DNA from: a virus
Lineage: Duplodnaviria > Heunggongvirae > Uroviricota > Caudoviricetes
Direction: 5' to 3' (one strand)
Length of the DNA stretch: 10,268 bases
IMG/VR virus record: IMGVR_UViG_2778261301_000002
In this document: positions 7,889 to 10,268 of the stretch, one piece after another
Layout of the letters: each line of letters starts with the position of its first letter
Position numbering within the stretch: position 1 is the first letter of the stretch
Translations under genes and position numbers: made by a program
The notes under the pieces: generated by a model
Told to the model about the DNA's origin: nothing
The model's database searches: none
The model's input: only the letters and a program-made list of their open reading frames with translations

Positions 7889-9732
7889 TGAAAGTAACTG
7901 CAAACGGTAAGACATTTACCTTTCCTGATGGTACGAGCACCGAAGATATTGGCACCGCCATTGATGAGTATTTTGCTGGTCAGGCTGTTCAGCAACAAAC
8001 AGTTAATCAGGCCAATAATGAACCAGCACGTGAAGAGCCATCATTGATGCAACAAGCTGGCGATTGGCTCACTGGTGGTAAAAGTGCAGGGCAAATTGCA
8101 GAACAGGCTGGTCGTGGTCTGGTAAACATACCATTTGACGTATTGCAGGGTGGCGCAAGTCTGATTAATGCAATCAGTCAGGGGCTTGGTGGCCCCAAGG
8201 TTTTGGATGATGTTTATCGTCCAGTAGACAGACCGACAGACCCCTATGCTCAAGCTGGAGAAACAATTGGCGGGTATTTAGTTCCAGGAGTTGGAACGGC
8301 AGGAAGCATGGCTATTGGATCACTGGCAGAGGCCGCAAATCAGAAAGGCGATTTCGCACAAAATGTAGCTAAAAATGCCGGAGTTAACCTTGCTGCTCAG
8401 GGTGTTCTTTCCGCAGCAGCAAAGGGAATAGGTCGTGGAATAACGGCTATAAAAGGCGATATTGCGCCAGAAGTAGCGAAAAAAATTGCCACATCAGAAT
8501 CGATGGGCGTGACACCTATGACATCTGATGTAATCACGCCGAAAAATGCTTTCACTCGTGGCCTTACTCAGGATGCTGAGGGGGCTTTGCTAGGGACAGG
8601 TTCAAAGCGTGCGGAGCAATATGCAACGCGTAGTAAGCTGGTAAGCAATTATTTTGACCGTTTTGGTGAGTACAACCCTGATGATGTGGTGAAATCTCTG
8701 ACTACCACGTTAAGGGGGCGGAAGGATGCCGCTGGCGCTGTTATCAATGACGTCACCAATAAAATGGGTAATGCCGCAGTTGATACCACAAATACCATGA
8801 ATGCTCTGAATACAGCGATCGCAAGACAGGAACGGCTTGGGACGTCTGCCAATCAAAGCCTGCTTACATCCTTGCGTAACCTACGTGAAGAATTAGCAAA
8901 CCCTGCAACTGATTTGGATGTTACGTTTGATCTCTTGCGTCAGCACAGAACAGCATTTAGATCTAATGCTCAGGGAGATGCTATGGTCTTCCCCAACCAG
9001 GCAAAAGCAGCTACCAATATGGTAGAGAATGCAATGTCAAAAGATCTTCGTAACGCAGTTGCAAAAAACCTCGGTGCATCAGACGCAGCAAAATACCTTA
9101 AAGCAAATTCCGATTATGCAAACGTTTATAATAAGGTGCTTAATAAAAACATTGCTAACAAGCTCAACAAGGCAAGCAGTGAAGCCAGTCCTGAACTTAT
9201 AAATGCCGTTGTATTAAGCAGAAAACCATCTGACGTGAAACGAATCTGGAGCGCATTGGATGATAAAGGGAAAGATGCTATGCGTGCAGCTTACGTCAGC
9301 AAAATAGCGGAAAAGGCCGGTGACTCTCCAGCCAAGTTCATCACTGAAGTTAATAAGCTGAAATCTCAGTCAGGCGGTGAAATTTACAACACTATTTTTT
9401 CTGGAAAGCACATGAAAGAGCTTGATGCTCTTCATGAAGTTCTACAGCAAACAGCAAGGTCAGACACCGCAAATGTAGTAACTCAGACGGGGCAATCGCA
9501 AGCCAATAGGATAAGGACGATTGGCGCAACTGCGACTCTTGGCGTATCAATGGGGCTTGAGGCTGGTTTCGGTGCAATGATGCGCTTGTATGAGTCCAAA
9601 GCAGCAAGGAATGCTCTCTTACGTTTGGCAAACACCAAAGCAGGAACACCAGCCTATGAAAGAGCGCTAAATAATGCTGCAAATGCGATACGCCCTATAC
9701 TTTCAAGCCAAATTACAGCAGAACAGCAATAA
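7885..9732 (+). CDS. Ejection (DNA transfer) protein, P22 gp16-like
   Basis: 615-aa ORF (P22 gp16 is about 609 aa). Start ATG 7885 overlaps the gp20-like stop (ATGA); an alternative start is ATG 7888. Last gene of the plus-strand block. Confidence 0.8.
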
Positions 9733-9746
9733 AAGATAAGATATAA

Positions 9747-10232
9747 CTACCTGATATTACTGCTACTGTTGCATGTTACCGTGTTTCCAAAACCTGAATT
9801 GCAGTTTGTATATGTGTCAACGCGTGTTGGGTAAGGTTGAGTTATAACAGGCTGGCGCGCTTTTTGCTCGATCGCTTGCATTGTGTTTACAGCCTGATAA
9901 TTCAATAAAGCCTGCTGGAATGCTTGGCTTTGTGCTATTTGTTGGGCTTGTTCTTGGCTTTGTAATTGAACATAAAGATTCTGAAGCTCAAGTCTTGCCT
10001 GTGCGTCACTTATCTTGCCTTGATCGACACCTTGCCCGAGCATCTTCGCAGCAAGGACATACAGCTTAGGTGTTGGTGCTGATGCCATGCGTGAGTCGTT
10101 CTTCACGCTGGCATCAAGGCAATTAGCCATATCACTAAGCTTTGGATAGCGTTGTTCGCAACTTGCTTGGTAGTCACTTACTTTTGCGCATCCAGCCAGC
10201 AGAAGCGGGACAATTAATAGTGATTTTTTCAT
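9747..10232 (-). CDS. Predicted outer-membrane lipoprotein (accessory gene at the gp16-tailspike junction); function unknown
   Basis: 161-aa minus-strand ORF. N-terminus MKKSLLIVPLLLAGC is a classic signal peptidase II signal: basic n-region, hydrophobic core, lipobox LAGC. The +2 residue is Ala, so by the E. coli sorting rule it goes to the outer membrane. Q-rich predicted helical middle and Cys-containing C-terminus. Convergent with the gp16-like gene, stops 14 nt apart. Confidence 0.75.
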   Translation of the reverse strand: MKKSLLIVPLLLAGCAKVSDYQASCEQRYPKLSDMANCLDASVKNDSRMASAPTPKLYVLAAKMLGQGVDQGKISDAQARLELQNLYVQLQSQEQAQQIAQSQAFQQALLNYQAVNTMQAIEQKARQPVITQPYPTRVDTYTNCNSGFGNTVTCNSSSNIR

Positions 10233-10268
10233 AAAGTTATTTATAAAATCCTTTCTATTATTTATCAG
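10233..10268 (-). promoter_or_regulatory. Candidate sigma70 promoter positioned for a leaderless or near-leaderless lipoprotein transcript
   Basis: On the minus strand: CTGATA (-35-like, 4/6; plus coords 10263-10268), 17-nt spacer, TATAAA (-10-like, 5/6; plus coords 10240-10245), then 7 nt to the ATG. There is no Shine-Dalgarno within 5-10 nt of the start; the only GGA is 16 nt upstream. Confidence 0.3.

Noticed and set aside
9392-9682. 96-aa minus-strand ORF inside the gp16-like gene
   Set aside because: Antisense to a large conserved gene; not co-linear with the lipoprotein gene (separated by stop codons and the gp16-like 3' end).
9851-9868. GC-rich palindrome GGCGCGC followed by TTTTT, resembling a terminator
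   Set aside because: GCGCGC is self-complementary with no loop and so cannot form a stable hairpin; it lies inside the lipoprotein coding sequence.
1-10268. Searched for tRNA/attachment sites, CRISPR repeats, IS terminal inverted repeats, integrase or toxin-antitoxin pairs
   Set aside because: No tRNA-like T-arm motifs, no regularly spaced direct repeats, no inverted-repeat-flanked transposase ORF; the window is almost entirely occupied by the syntenic structural operon.

Overview
The window reads as the late (morphogenesis) operon of a P22-like short-tailed phage or prophage of Enterobacteriaceae, and the structural module looks Sf6-type rather than P22-type. Eleven tightly packed plus-strand genes run in the canonical order: portal 3' end, scaffolding protein, coat protein, a small ORF, gp4-like, gp10-like, tail needle (gp26-like, with a C-terminal knob), gp14-like, then the three ejection proteins gp7-, gp20- and gp16-like. 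Protein sizes match the P22/Sf6 set (423, 160, 472, 282, 152, 231, 468, 615 aa), and Shine-Dalgarno motifs and overlapping stop/start codons support the calls. These assignments rest on synteny, size and recalled sequence motifs; no database search was possible. The one non-canonical element is at the 3' end: a 161-aa lipoprotein gene on the minus strand, convergent with the gp16-like gene, sitting where P22 carries its immI/sieA accessory region. It has an AT-rich upstream region with no Shine-Dalgarno but a sigma70-like promoter placed for a leaderless transcript. This is the best candidate for an undescribed superinfection-exclusion or lysogenic-conversion function, but its upstream context is cut off by the window edge. 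The rest of the window is an ordinary, conserved structural module. No tRNA, rRNA, CRISPR array, IS element or integrase was found.
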